A stretch of DNA of 64,000 nt. Origin: Raja brachyura (taxonomy: Eukaryota). A program made the translations under genes and the position numbers. The notes beneath the pieces are model-generated. The model searched no databases and was not told the DNA's origin. It saw nothing but the letters and a program-made list of their open reading frames with translations. The stretch lies in NCBI GenBank assembly GCA_963514005.1, contig OY740798.1, positions 11,098,001-11,162,000 of the forward strand, in the 5' to 3' direction. Positions 52,626-64,000 of the stretch are shown here, one piece after another (the first letter of the stretch is position 1; every line of letters begins with the position of its first letter).

Positions 52626-52949
52626 CATGAAATGTTCCCAGAGATTGACTCATACCATTTTCTGAGAAGATGAATAATGAATTATAATTTTAAGCAATCA
52701 GTCGGTCAATGAGTAAATAGCTTGGATATTATTGTGAGGGGCCTGTGTCCCACCTTCCCTCACCCTCCCTATGTGGGGATAACTTCTGGGGGAAGTAAGA
52801 AAATATGCCAAAAATATTGTGTATGATGATATATAAGACTATATAAGATTTGTCCATCTACCAAGGTTAATGCCTTGTTCAAATTCTAGTACCTTTTCCA
52901 AAAAGTAAATAGAACACACTGATCTATAACATTCCTAGTTTATTCCCTG

Positions 52950-53665
52950 TAAATACAATACAATTTATTGTCATTGAATCTCAAATGAAATTTGGTTTCT
53001 GCAGTTATACAACAAAAAGAAACAATTAACAAGACACACAATTAACACAAACATCCATCACAGTGAATCTCCTCCTCACTGTGATGGAAAGCGAAGTCAT
53101 TGTCTCTCTCCTGTTTTCCATTCTTCTCCCGATGTTAAAGCCCCCGGTGGGCAATGGCAAGTCCCGCGGCCATTAAGGCCGTGGCGGGCGATGTAAGGCC
53201 CTGCTCCGGGTCTTGATGTTGGAGCCCCCGGCGGGCGATGGTAAGTCCTGCTGCCGTTAAAAGTCGCGCCGAGCGATGTAAGGCCCCGCTCCGGGTTGTT
53301 TTCAACCCCGCAATTCGGGCGGGAGAAGTTGCCGTTGTGGGAGCTCTGAAAAGTGGTCTCCCACCAGGGACCCGCGAGCTCCCGATGTCACCGTCCACGG
53401 GGCCTGCGGCTGGAGCCTCCGAAGCTGGGTCACTGTCTCGCGCCACCACAGCTCTCCACGCTCTGAAGTCGGCCAGCTCCACGATGGTGAGTCCGCAAGC
53501 TCCGTGACTGCAGGGACCTTTGGACAGATATATGGGTAGGAAGGGTTTAAAGAGCTATGGGCCAAATGCAGCAAATGGGACTAGTCCAGTATGCCAACTT
53601 GGTCAGCATGCACAAGGTGGGCTGAAGGGCTTGTTTCCATGCTCTACAGCTCCGACTCTATGAAT
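52950..53665. mobile_element. GC-rich retroelement 3' region with an internal ~86-bp tandem duplication (minus), then a CR1 tail (plus, 53520-53665)
   Basis: aatacaatacaatttattgtca tail; duplicated unit gcccccgg.gggc.atgg.aagtcc..gcgatgtaaggccc.gctccgggt. Confidence 0.6.
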
Positions 53666-53979
53666 GCTTACAAATGAGCTATTATAACAAAAAGGTTTCT
53701 TCCTGCCACTCAATGTATCCAACATTAGAAAAAAAAAATCTTACAATAGCATTAGTGTTATCAATTGGGAATGATATCGAATATTAACACAAAACAACAA
53801 TTGTATTTATGCAACGCTTTCCATGCAGTAAATTGTCCTAAGGCAACATATTCCATCTCAAAAAAAATGTAACTTGGCTAGAAGGTGATGCTAAGGCGGC
53901 TAGCCAAAAGCTTGATCAAAAGAGGTGGGTCTTAACAATGTTTTGATTGAAGAAACTAAAGAGGCTTTTATGATGATAC

Positions 53980-54620
53980 CAAGTATACAGTGGAGAAAAA
54001 TGGCAGCTGAGCCAAAATTCCTTTTGTGATATTTATAGAACAATTCAAAGTGCTGCCATAACAACTTTGTTTGTGATAGACCTGCCATAACCAGTAGTTC
54101 ATCAATAAATGCTTGGTTGGTTCAATCGGCCGCTTGCAAAATGGAGTTGTACATTTCTTTACATTTAGACAGTGAACGCAATATATAAAATTATAAATTC
54201 TGGTTTACCGTAAATGACAATATTGATATAAATTGAGAAGTTTCTAGATTTCAAAATTCAGCAATGCTACAGGCTATGCCTGCTTTATCATTTCACCAGT
54301 ATTAAATATTTTCAGTGAGTACACCTCTGCATAGCTTAATTGCCTTTGCATCTAGATGGATGTGAAAAATATGGTATAACTCGGCTTCACGTGGCATTAG
54401 GCTAATACCCATGAGTACAAAGCCTATATGCATCGCTGTAAAGAAAATACACTTAAAAATAGTAAAAGCAGTGTCCATTGCTTCACTCGTCCACGTTTGC
54501 ATGAAGCCGTCCAATCATAATTTCTGTCCAAAAAAAAACAGTTTACCAACACAAAATACAATAATAAAAAATATTACAAGCCTTAAAAACTATTGGTTGA
54601 CTCGGTCAGGTCCGACCCCT
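53980..54620. promoter_or_regulatory. Candidate long-range Pax6 enhancer (conserved non-coding element) in the last ELP4 intron
   Basis: About 600 bp free of repeats with retained CpGs inside TE-rich DNA; ACAAT/CTTTGT, TCAATAAA, TAATTG and CACGTG motifs. Pax6 enhancers are known to lie in ELP4 introns. Confidence 0.45.
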
Positions 54621-55787
54621 CTGGCAGTGGTAGACAATCACGCCACATCACTTGCATCCTAAAGCCTGAACAGGCCTGTAATTAGTTGGTGAATCCAATG
54701 AATATACTTGATTTTCTGAGCTTCCTCTAAGCATCACAAATGGAGGAATGCTAGTCCCTGAACATTGATTATTATCTTAAGCTCAATAAAAGCATAGCCA
54801 CTGTCCTCATTGTTTGAATTCCAAGCATTTTCTGTTTACAAAAACACAAAGACAGCTACTTGACAAGTGGATATCTTCAAGATCATTTGACTTCCAGCCT
54901 CAAGGCTTAAGCCAAAATATATTACTTGACTTGCATGGTGTGGCAGGAGCTCACACATCACAAACCTATCAATTTCATCACCGTGTCTCAATATCAGCTT
55001 ACAGTGGTGACATAATACCCATAACATAATTATTTCTAATATGTAGCAAACCAAGATCCAGTATTGCAGTTGGTCAGCTTATTTGTTCTAATTAGAGTTC
55101 AGTTCAAATGACAGAGTTCACTGCAGGAGCCTGTGGCTCACATGTGCCTTTACATACACTTTCAGTTGCCAACGTTCAAATGAAACAAGACTCCCAATTT
55201 CCACCTGTATATGTGCAATGAAATACTTGAGATACACGAGTCACTGACTCTTGGATCAGCTGCTGATAAGACCGTAAGACATAAGAACACAGAATTTGAC
55301 CATCGGCCATCGAGTCTGCCATTCGATCATAGCTGAATTTTTCCCTCTGAACCCCATTCTTCTGCCTTGTCCCTTGACCTTAACCTTTGACGCCCTTACT
55401 AATCAATATTCGCTTCTGATCCGTGGTACTCAACCTCAGCCACATTAGGAGAGTATTCACTGCGTGAAGCTTCCTGAAGAAAGGAGGAGAAAAATTAGAC
55501 TGGAACCGTCTGCCCATGACTCCAAATAGCTTAAAAAATAAATTACAATCGTAATCTGTATTCGCAGACTATAGTGTCCTCCATAATGTTTGGGACAAAG
55601 ATTCGTCATTTATTTATTTGCCTCTGTACTCCACAATTTGAGATTTGTAATAGAAAAAACATATGTGGTTAAAGTACACTGTCAAATTTTAATAAAGGCC
55701 ACTTTTTATACAATTTGGTTTCATCATGTAGAAATTACAGCAGTGTTTATACATAGTCCCCCCATTTCAGGGCAGCCTCTGTATTTC

Positions 55788-56059
55788 TGTTCATGAATGT
55801 AGATTAGTATTTCTTTACTGTATATATATATATCACCACACAGATTATGCATGCTACACATTCCTTATGTAGTCCAGTCCAGATCGTCATCCCCACCCTG
55901 GTCACACCGGTCCTATAGTCAGTGCGTCACTCTCTCTCTTTAGATTTGATGCAGACCACGGGGATGAAAGCATGTTGTGTTCCCTCCGGTTGTACTTCAA
56001 TAAAGAGTTATAACCTCTATGTGTTGTCTGATCATTCAACATGGTGTCAGAAGTGGGAT
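55788..56059 (+). mobile_element. Gypsy-type LTR (TGTT..AACA, internal AATAAA) followed by a tRNA-Leu primer binding site
   Basis: ...cattcaaca|TGGTGTCAGAAGTGGGAT (56042-56059), complementary to a tRNA-Leu 3' end. The LTR 5' boundary is approximate. Confidence 0.7.
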
Positions 56060-57445
56060 GGACGTATATGTGCGCGGTCAGGATAATCCGGAGGTGGTGC
56101 TGGTCCGTTCAAAGGCAGGATGTGCTGTCTATTACGTCTGTAGGTGCCGTCATCGGCACTGACCAAATATGAATGTGGTTCGGAAGCAGTTCCAGAAATT
56201 ACATCAAGGCGGTCTTGACCCTTTTCGGTTTGCAGGCGGACCACCTGTCCCTTGGCTACTGGTGGAAGTGGTCTGCTCGTCATACCATCCTTTTTGAACG
56301 CTGCGCTTTTGTTGTAGCCTGGACTGGATTTCGGATGGTGGGATCACTTGCGGTACTAGTGCCTGTTTCGTCACAGGTAGTGTGGCTCGGGTTTGCCTTG
56401 ACATCAGTCGCTGGGCGGGTGAACCCAATATCGGGTCACGGGAGATGTTGCGCAGGTTGAGCAGGTCTAGGTATATGTCTGATCCTGCTCTGTGGGATCG
56501 TTCCATCACTTGTTTGGTACTCCTGACGGCATGTACTGCCAGCCCGTTTGACTGTGGGTATGCGGGGCTGCTGGTGATATGACGAAAACCCCAGCGTGTA
56601 GTAGGCTTTGAAGTACTGGCTGATAATTTGACTGCCATTGTCAGACAATAGCTGATACGGAGACCCGTGAACAGAGAAATGGCGTGCCAACTTCTGGACT
56701 ACCCCTGCAGTGGTGGGGCTACTGAGTAGATCGATTTCAAACCATCTGGAATACGAGTCGACTAGGACCAGGTATTGTTTGCCATGCCACTCAAAAATGT
56801 CAGTTGCCAATGTGGACCATGGGAGGTTGAGAACCGAGTGTGAGAGAAGTGGCTGCTTTTATTGGTGTGGTGTCAAACTGTTGTACACTGCACAGGACTT
56901 TACTTTCTCACGAATATAATCAGCCATGCCAGGCCAGAAAAACATGCTGTTCACTAGCAGGACAGTTGCCTTTGCGCCTGGGTGTCCCGCATGGATGGCA
57001 TCAAAGTACTTGTTGTGTAAAGAGGCAGGAATTACACCTTTGTGGCCCTTTCCGATAATGTCTTCTTGTAGTACTAGTTCACCACGAATGGCAAAGGAGG
57101 GCTGGATTGGGAGTGGTAATCTGTATTGCTTGTCTGGCCACCTGTGCTTAATGACGGAGGAGAGCGGTCATAAGGTATAATCAGCAACAGTTTGGGCTAC
57201 CAGGTCCTTCAAACAGGACGAAGGAACATCGGAGGCTGTCATGACAGGATGATTTCGCACAGGTCTTCCGTGGAGCACGTGACAGGGTGTCATCCAGGTG
57301 CATGTCCTTGCCACGTTTGTAGGTTAGAACAATGTCATACTTCTGTAGCTGTAGCAACATATACGTTGGAGGTGTCCTGGAGAAGCGTGTATTGGTTTGT
57401 TCAGAAAGCTGATTAGGGGTTGATGGTCAGTGTCAATCGTGACCC
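56060..57445 (-). mobile_element. Gypsy/Ty3 pol fragment (RNase H and integrase), frameshifted
   Basis: Encodes VTIDTDHQPL, MLLQLQKYD, KDMHLDDTLSRAP, ATDIFEWHGKQYLVLVDSYSRWFE, LLSDNGSQ, HITSSPAYPQSNGLA and YRRNRQHI. Confidence 0.9.
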
Positions 57446-58359
57446 GGGTACTTTAGGGTGGGCTTTCAGATGCGACCTGCACGCGTACGGTCCATTCCTG
57501 CATTTTCTCCCTTCACCGGAGATGCGATTGGTGGTAGAACAGGAGATTGAAACAGCATCCCTGGCGATGAAACTGGAGACCTTGGTAGGGGTTCAACAAT
57601 GAAGTCTTCTGCAAACAGTGGTCATTGACAAATCCACACCTAACTCCTGAAGAGTGCTTCTGATCTGTCGGACAGGTGTTTGGGGATTTTTCTTTATTAT
57701 AGAGAGAATTCTTCTGTCATCAGCTGGAGGTCTTCCTTGACCTGCCAGTACCTTTGCGATTAGGAAGCTCACCAGTGCTCTCTTACTTCTTAATGATGTT
57801 CCAAACAGTTGATTTTGGCAAGCCTAAGGTTTGACTGATGTCTCTAACAGTCTTATTCTTGTTTCTCAGTCTCATAATGGCTTCTTTGACTTCCATTGAC
57901 ACAACTTTGGTCCTCATGTTGATAAACAGCAATAAAAGTTTCCAAATGTGATGGAAAGACTGGAGGAAATACTAGGTGCTGAACACACCTGATCAATTAC
58001 AAATACCTGTGAAGCTATGAGTCCTAAACATTATGGTGCCCTGAAATGGGAGGACTATGTATGAACACAGCTGTAATTTCTACATGGTGAAACCAAAATG
58101 TATAAAAATACTCTTTACTAAAATCTGACAATGTGCACTTTAACCACATGTGATTTTTTCTATTACAAATCTCAAATTGTGGAGTACAGAGGCAAATAAA
58201 TAAATGATGTGTCTTTGTCCCAAACATTATGGAGGGCGCTGTACATCGAGTTCCCAAGGGTTGTGCAGGAACAGAAAAACATGGTTGAACACATTTTGTT
58301 TAGCAGGTGATAGGGCATGTTGAGCTAGTGATTAGTAAACCACAGGGAAACCTTGGATT

Positions 58360-58730
58360 CATACATAGAACATATCTAACACAGAAATTAAGGCAATGAC
58401 TGGAATATCACATCCAATTCTGCACACCATTCTCGGAAAAATATGTAGATGTGTAGAGGGGCAGAAAAGATTCACTGCATTGATCCCAGGCATGGGAGAT
58501 TTGAGATAAAAGGTGAGATTGGAAAAGTTGGCATTATTTCCTTGAAGCAAAGTAGATTTGATAGCGGTAATATAATCGTGATTGGTTTAGATTAGGTAAA
58601 CAGAGGAAAGTGAATGCTTCAAGGGCCACCGGCACAGATTTAAAGTTTTGCCCACAGGATACTAGAGGGATGAGAGCAAAATAACATTTATGCAGAGAGT
58701 CATACCAATCAAACAGGGATTTCAACAGGG
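58360..58730 (+). mobile_element. Old CR1-type LINE fragment
   Basis: gcagaaaagattcactgcattgatcccaggcatggg..gattggaaaagttggcatt. Confidence 0.65.
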
Positions 58731-58919
58731 TAGGTATTCCAGGAAAATTAATTTGAGACTAATGGGATTGCTCCACTCGTAGCTGACACACACTCGAGGG
58801 ACTGAAAAGATTTCTTCTGTGGTGTAACATTCCATAATTTATGCCACTCAACGGTCCTTTCAGCATCAGTTAGACTTTAAAATGCAACTACACTCTGTTC
58901 AATTGGTGAAGAATTTTAA

Positions 58920-59243
58920 GGTAGACACAAAATGCTGGAGTAACTCAGCGGGTCAGGCAGCATCTATGGAGTGAAGGAAAGGGTGACGTTTCGGGTCGAG
59001 ACCCTTCTTGAGACCGATGACAGGGGAGGCGGCGGGACAAAGATAGAATGTAGTCGGAGACAGTAAGACTGGTGGGAGAATTGGGAAGGGGGAGGGGATG
59101 GAGTGAGAGGGAAAGCATGGGCTATCTGAAGCTAGTGAATTCAATGTTCATATCGCTGGGGTGTAAGCTACCCAAGTGAAATATGAGGTGCTGTTCCTCC
59201 AATTTGCGCCGGGCCGCACTCTGACAATGGAGGAGGCCCAGGA
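58920..59243 (-). mobile_element. Penelope-like element 3' end: GIY-YIG C-terminus, 3' region, hammerhead motif with a G5C core mutation (58981-59016)
   Basis: Minus 59122-59242 translates LGLLHCQSAARRKLEEQHLIFHLGSLHPSDMNIEFTSFR*, followed by the terminal repeat. Confidence 0.88.
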
Positions 59244-59547
59244 AGCTTGGGAACAGTTGTATATTGCATAGTTAGGTGCTGGAACACTTGTAGTTTGTAA
59301 CATTAATATTTTGATGCAAACACAGGAAGTATGATTTGCAGTTGTATGTTTACAGACAACATGAAATTTAACTGTAAGGAGAATAGTGTTCACCTATAGA
59401 ATGATTCTGCCAAAGGGAAGATGGGAAAGCAATGGCTGACGGCATTTCTTCCTGAAAATGTGAGATAATGCATTTTGGGAGGGTTAATAAGACTAATAAC
59501 AGTGAATGTATGGATTCCTTGGAACTACCAAGGAACACAAGGATCTG

Positions 59548-59675
59548 AGTCTGAAGAAGGGTCTCGACCCGAAATGTCGCCTATCTCCTTCGCTCCTTAG
59601 ATGCTGCTGCAACCGCTGAGTTTCTCCAGCTTTTTGTATAACCCTCGATTCTCCAGCATCTGCAGTTCCTTCTTT
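59548..59675 (+). mobile_element. Penelope-like terminal repeat with hammerhead motif (59548-59581), inserted in a CR1
   Basis: AGT-CTGAAGA-A-GGGTC(TC)GACCC-GAAA-TG-TC-GCC; flanked by CR1 sequence, with a near-duplicated aacacaa(g/a)gatct on either side. Confidence 0.8.
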
Positions 59676-59699
59676 AACACAAAGATCTTGGTGTACTGT

Positions 59700-60320
59700 A
59701 TATGTTCAAGGAATCAAGAACTAGAGGGCATAGATTTAATGTGAGAGGGGAAAGATTTAATAGGAACCTGAGGGGCCACTTTTTCACACAGAGGTTGGCA
59801 AGTATATGGAACAAGCTGTGAGACGTTGAGGCAGGCACAATAACAATATTTAAAAGAGTTTTGACCAGATATACAGATATGACAGTTTAGAGAGATATGG
59901 ACCAGGTGCGGGGAAATGGCCAAACATGGATGGGGCATCTTGGTCAGCATGGACAAGTTGGGCCGAAGGGCCTATTCCCCAGCTTTATGACCCTATAATT
60001 TCTGAAGATAGCAGCACAAGTAAATCAGATGGTTCGGAAAGTATATGAGATTCCTAGTTTCAGGTTTAGCAAAGGTTTAAGAAAAAGGGTAGGAGCTTCA
60101 GAAGGGATTTGAGAAACTTTTTTTTAATATCCAAAGGATGGTTGAAATCTGGAATATGGGGTGATGGAGGCAGATTCTCACACAGCACTTTAGTATCTGA
60201 AAGAGCAATTGAATTGGTAAGAACTACAGGATGTGTGCTGGGAAATAGGGTTAATAACAGATAACTTATTGACAGCCAGTATGGTCACAGTAGGCCAAAT
60301 GGCCCTTTTCATTGCCCTGT
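59700..60320 (+). mobile_element. CR1-type LINE 3' fragments
   Basis: agaactagagggcatag..aggaacctgaggggc..ttttcacacagagg..gggccgaagggcct. Confidence 0.8.
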
Positions 60321-60894
60321 GATAGATAGGATGTATGATCTGTGCCACCCATCTCAGCGGCTTAGGTATAGTATTGCCAGATGTATACTCCTGCCTATGG
60401 ATCATTCTCTGAACAATTACTCAGTTATGCAACAGAATAAGCAAACCAGATGACGAACTGTAAAACCTGCTGCAAGTTTGCATGGCCAAATGCGGTTTTG
60501 CAGAAACTGCTTGAATTCTAGGACCTGAGTAATAAGCAAAGGCTAGAAGCATCTTGGCTTATTTGGAAAATCAGTCAAGCGTAATACCTGAACTTGTAAC
60601 CCTTCAAATACGTCAAGTCTCTCTTGCTTCAGGTTACATGTTTAACATTTTTTCTGTAAGTACTCACTAAAGAAGAGCTAGGATTCAAACTACAAGGGTA
60701 TTAAGTGACAATTGATTTTAAATAGCTCAAAAATTCATTATTACCCTTTAGGACCATTCTTTCCAGTTGTATTCCGCATTATTTCTGGACCTGCATTATT
60801 CTGGAAAGATACAACTGCAAAAAATGTAACATCAGCAAGAATTTATTTGGAATATACATGCTGCTTTGATTCAGTGTTATCTATATAGACAAAG

Positions 60895-61910
60895 CTCAGT
60901 CCAAAGAAAGGTTTCGACCCAAAACGTCACCCATTCCTTCTCTCCAGAGATGTTGCCTGTCCTACTGAGTTACTCCAGCATTTTGTGTCTACCTTGTATA
61001 TATTGGATTATCAGTATAAATTCAGCCAAGATATGTAATCTCATGAAGGAATATGCCAGTTTTTGCTCATTTAGTAGAATTCTTGGATATGAGCCAGAAT
61101 GTTAAAGGTTTTACTCTAGAGACTTGAATTCAACAATCTAGACAGACATTTCACTGCAGTGCCCAGGTTTGAAGTACTGTTGACAGTGTTGTCCTTAAAC
61201 CAAGGTCTCATCTGCTCTCTCAAAAAGGATAAACAGCAATAGAATCTGCCTTGTTTGCTGACTAATAATTAGTACCCAGTTAACATTACAAAAACGGAAA
61301 TATGTGTGGGCGCTAGCTGCATTTGGATGTGTTGCTGCACTACCTATTTCTATTTTCTCCCTTCCCAGATACTGCCCCCACTGGATTTCCTTTCCCCCTC
61401 CCCCAATGGTCCCCACTCCTCTCGGTTTACTGTTCCCATCGGTCACCACCCTCTGAAGGGTCACGACTCGAAACGTCACCCATTCCTTCTCTCCAGAGAT
61501 GCTGCCTGTCCTGTTGAGTTGCTCCATCTTTTTGTGTCTATCTTCGGTTTAAACCAGCATCTGCAGTTCCTTAAATTCAATTTTCTCCTTCCTTTTGTTT
61601 CCGATTCCAGAATCTGCAGGTTTTTGTTCTCCGTCTATCACCTCACAGCTTCTGTTGCCAACTCTACTCTTCACTCCCCCATCTGACCATTATCTGCAAA
61701 GCAAGGCTCTCAACTGTATCCAGGCTACTGGCCTTTGCCTCACCCATTCCATACCTCTTTATATTCACTAATTATCCTCTACTCTTTCAGTTTAGAAGAA
61801 GGATTCGACTGGCATATCCCTCCACAAATGCTGCCCAACCCTCTGATTTCCTCTGGATGCTCTCCTTTTTTTTTTGCAACAGATTCCCAGCATCTGCAGT
61901 TCCTTGTACC
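60895..61910 (+). mobile_element. Several tandem Penelope-like terminal repeats (60895-60995, 61330-61625, 61780-61910)
   Basis: Repeated aaacgtcacccattccttctctccagagatg.tgcctg and ccagcatctgcagttcc. Confidence 0.75.
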
Positions 61911-63230
61911 TCCAACTGTGACAACCCATTCTGTGAATTTATTACAGACAATCTGAAATTCATAAAAAAATAATTGGTTGAATATTGAAATTCTTCTTGT
62001 TGGAAATGAGGAGCTATTGCATTCATCGTGAGGAGGCAAGATACAAGAAAACAATGCTGAACTCACAAGAAACTCTCTGACTGTCTACCCTACCTAGGCC
62101 TCTCATAATTTTATATACGTCTATCAGGTCTCCCCCCAGCCTTCGATGCTCCAGAGAAAAGTTGCATTGGCGTTGTTATTACAAATAAGGTATTAAAACA
62201 TCCTTGCATTACATTGAGTTAAATCAAATTACATAAGTTCATTCATTATCTATATGCTCTCAAATGTTTTCTTCTTTCAAATGTCTACTTCATATATCCA
62301 TTAAGATAACAAAGTCTGATGAATTTAGAAGATTAACATTTTAGTTTATCTGTTGCAGTTAAACCATCATGTTAGAATCATACATCTCAGTCGTGCACAA
62401 TGTTCTCTTGTGACCAGATATTTTCAACTGTGCAACTTTTCCATGAAATGCTTAAGGCAAAGATGATTATTTGGGTTATTAACTTAGCAGATTATGGGAG
62501 AATCAAAATCATCCACTGTTCTAGAATCTTTCCATGTACCAAAAGACAAACCATTTTACAATTGTGACTTACATCTTGGCAATGAATTTCTTTGAAAGTA
62601 ATATGATTTTTTTTTGCTGCATTATGTCACCCCTGACGTCCTACATTGCAGCAGGTATAAACCCAGCCTCTGCAATTTCTCCTTATAACTATAGCCCTTC
62701 ATTCCAGATAACACTCACTTGAATTTCTTCTGCATTTTCTTTATTGCTACTACATCCTTCCTATAGCGTGACAACCAGAACTCTACACGATACTCTATGT
62801 GCAATCTTACTAATGTTTTGCACAGCTGCAACATGGCATCTGAACATTTATATCTAATGCCTTAGCCTAAAAGGAAAACATTCCAAATGTCCCATTCACT
62901 ATCCTAAACACATGTGGTGCCACTTTCAGGGAGCTATGGACTTTGAGGTAATCAGAGGCTAAATATAAAACTACCAAGGTCACAACATACTGTCCGATCT
63001 TAAATATGTAATTGATAAGCTAAATAGTTGTCTCTCTCATGTTGCATTATGTTTTTAAGCCATCCAAACTACCATGAAGGCCACCGTTCCATTTCAGAAA
63101 TACCAGTCATTGGAAAAAGGCTGAAAACTATTATTCTAGAAGCATGCTACCCCTTAAGTATGAAGATGCTATAGTTCAAAGGGTGACACATTATTTTTAA
63201 TACAAGCAGTGAATAAGGACTGCTTGTTTT

Positions 63231-63530
63231 GAGGTGGCACAGCAGTGGAGTTGCAACCTTACAGCGCCAGATACCTGGATTCGATCCTGACTACAGGTGC
63301 TGCCTGTATGAAGTTTGCATGTTCTCCCTGTGACCTCATGTGTTTTCTCCAGGTGCCCCAGTTTCCACCCACATTCCAAAGACGTAGAGGTTCTTAGGTT
63401 AATTGGCTTCTGTAAAAATTATAATTTGTCCCTAGTGTAGGATAGTGCTAGTGTAAGGGGTGATCGCTGGTCCATGTGGTCTCGGTGGACTGAAGGGCCT
63501 GTTTCCGCACGGCATTTCTAAAGTCTGTAG
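63231..63530 (+). mobile_element. tRNA-derived HE1/V-SINE, near full length
   Basis: A-box-like GGTGGCACAGCAGTGG, B-box-like GATTCGATCC, V-domain agtttgcatgttctccctgtgacc..cccacattccaaagacgt, and a LINE-like tail gaagggcctgtttcc. Confidence 0.85.
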
Positions 63531-64000
63531 TCTAAAAGGAGAAGTAAGATGTTCTCGGAGCACAACTGCTTCTCGCTGCAGTTAGTTACAAAGAAGCACA
63601 GCTAGTTTATATTTTCTATCAACAATAAGAACTCTTATGTAGTAGTGTAGGGAACATTTGATGAGCATTTATGATTTTGCGCCCGGAGAACTATTTAAAA
63701 ACAGGAAAAGAATAGTAACATAAATAAAAATCTATGTTCTTTACCTGCATCTGAACAATTTCATAGTGCTTTGCCGAAGTCCTGTCACAATTAAAAAACC
63801 CTGAAGGATAAACTTGATGGATTATACTTAATACCTATTGCATTGACTAAACATTTAATAAGTTATCAAGAATCCTCTGCTACCTTTAAATTTACCAAAA
63901 AATAAAAGTTAATACACTACACAATAATGAATGAAAAAAGAAATCACACTAGTTCCTGGTAGTCATTCATTTTCATTTTGGAGGTCAGCAGCCCAAAGGT

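Larger units (their letters stand above)
55572..58241 (-). mobile_element. Tc1/mariner DNA transposon (non-autonomous) with ~200-bp terminal inverted repeats and TA target sites
   Basis: TIRs at 55572-55773 and 58038-58241, with flanking TA at 55570-71 and 58242-43. Transposase remnant on minus from the ATG at 57917: MRTKVVSMEVKEAIMRLRNKNKTVRDISQTLGLPKSTVWNIIKK*ESTGELPNRKGTGRSRKT. Confidence 0.92.

Noticed and set aside
53135-53574. GC-rich ORFs (115, 89 and 90 aa)
   Set aside because: Open frames are expected from high GC content and internal repeats; no splice or domain support.
56042-56059. tRNA-Leu gene
   Set aside because: Only 18 nt complementary to the tRNA 3' end, directly after an LTR end, so it is a primer binding site.

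Overview
This is vertebrate genomic DNA, almost certainly from a cartilaginous fish (skate/ray-type repeats: HE1/V-SINE, CR1, Penelope, Rex1). The window holds the complete coding region of Pax6 on + (the ELP4-linked, exon-5a-containing 'Pax6.1' orthologue). It includes the P1 promoter and non-coding exons 1-3, the ATG in exon 4 (7339), exons 5, 5a and 6-13, and the stop at 29305-29307. The CDS is 1269 nt (422 aa), or 1311 nt (436 aa) with 5a; the phases add up, and the exon sizes match those I recall for human PAX6. The terminal coding exon of ELP4 lies tail-to-tail on - (50648-50779), and the rest of the window is ELP4's last intron. The ORF track is almost all spurious or transposon-derived. 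Main points of interest: (1) a dispersed Penelope-like element (PLE) terminal repeat carrying a minimal type-I hammerhead ribozyme motif (CUGAAGA-A-GGGUC..GACCC-GAAAC-GUH), with about 20 intact or decayed copies, several in sense orientation in Pax6 introns and several in head-to-head hairpins; (2) a tandem duplicate of the exon 5a acceptor 123 nt upstream of the real one, with an early stop (candidate poison exon or decoy); (3) the conserved 5'UTR uORF MPHKEGRL*, whose exon-3-skipped form resembles the teleost Pax6 N-terminal extension but is 1 nt out of frame; (4) a 99-nt stop-free, in-frame intron 11; (5) a Tc1 element carrying a rearranged Gypsy cargo. Comparisons to human and zebrafish sequences are from memory and need alignment to confirm.
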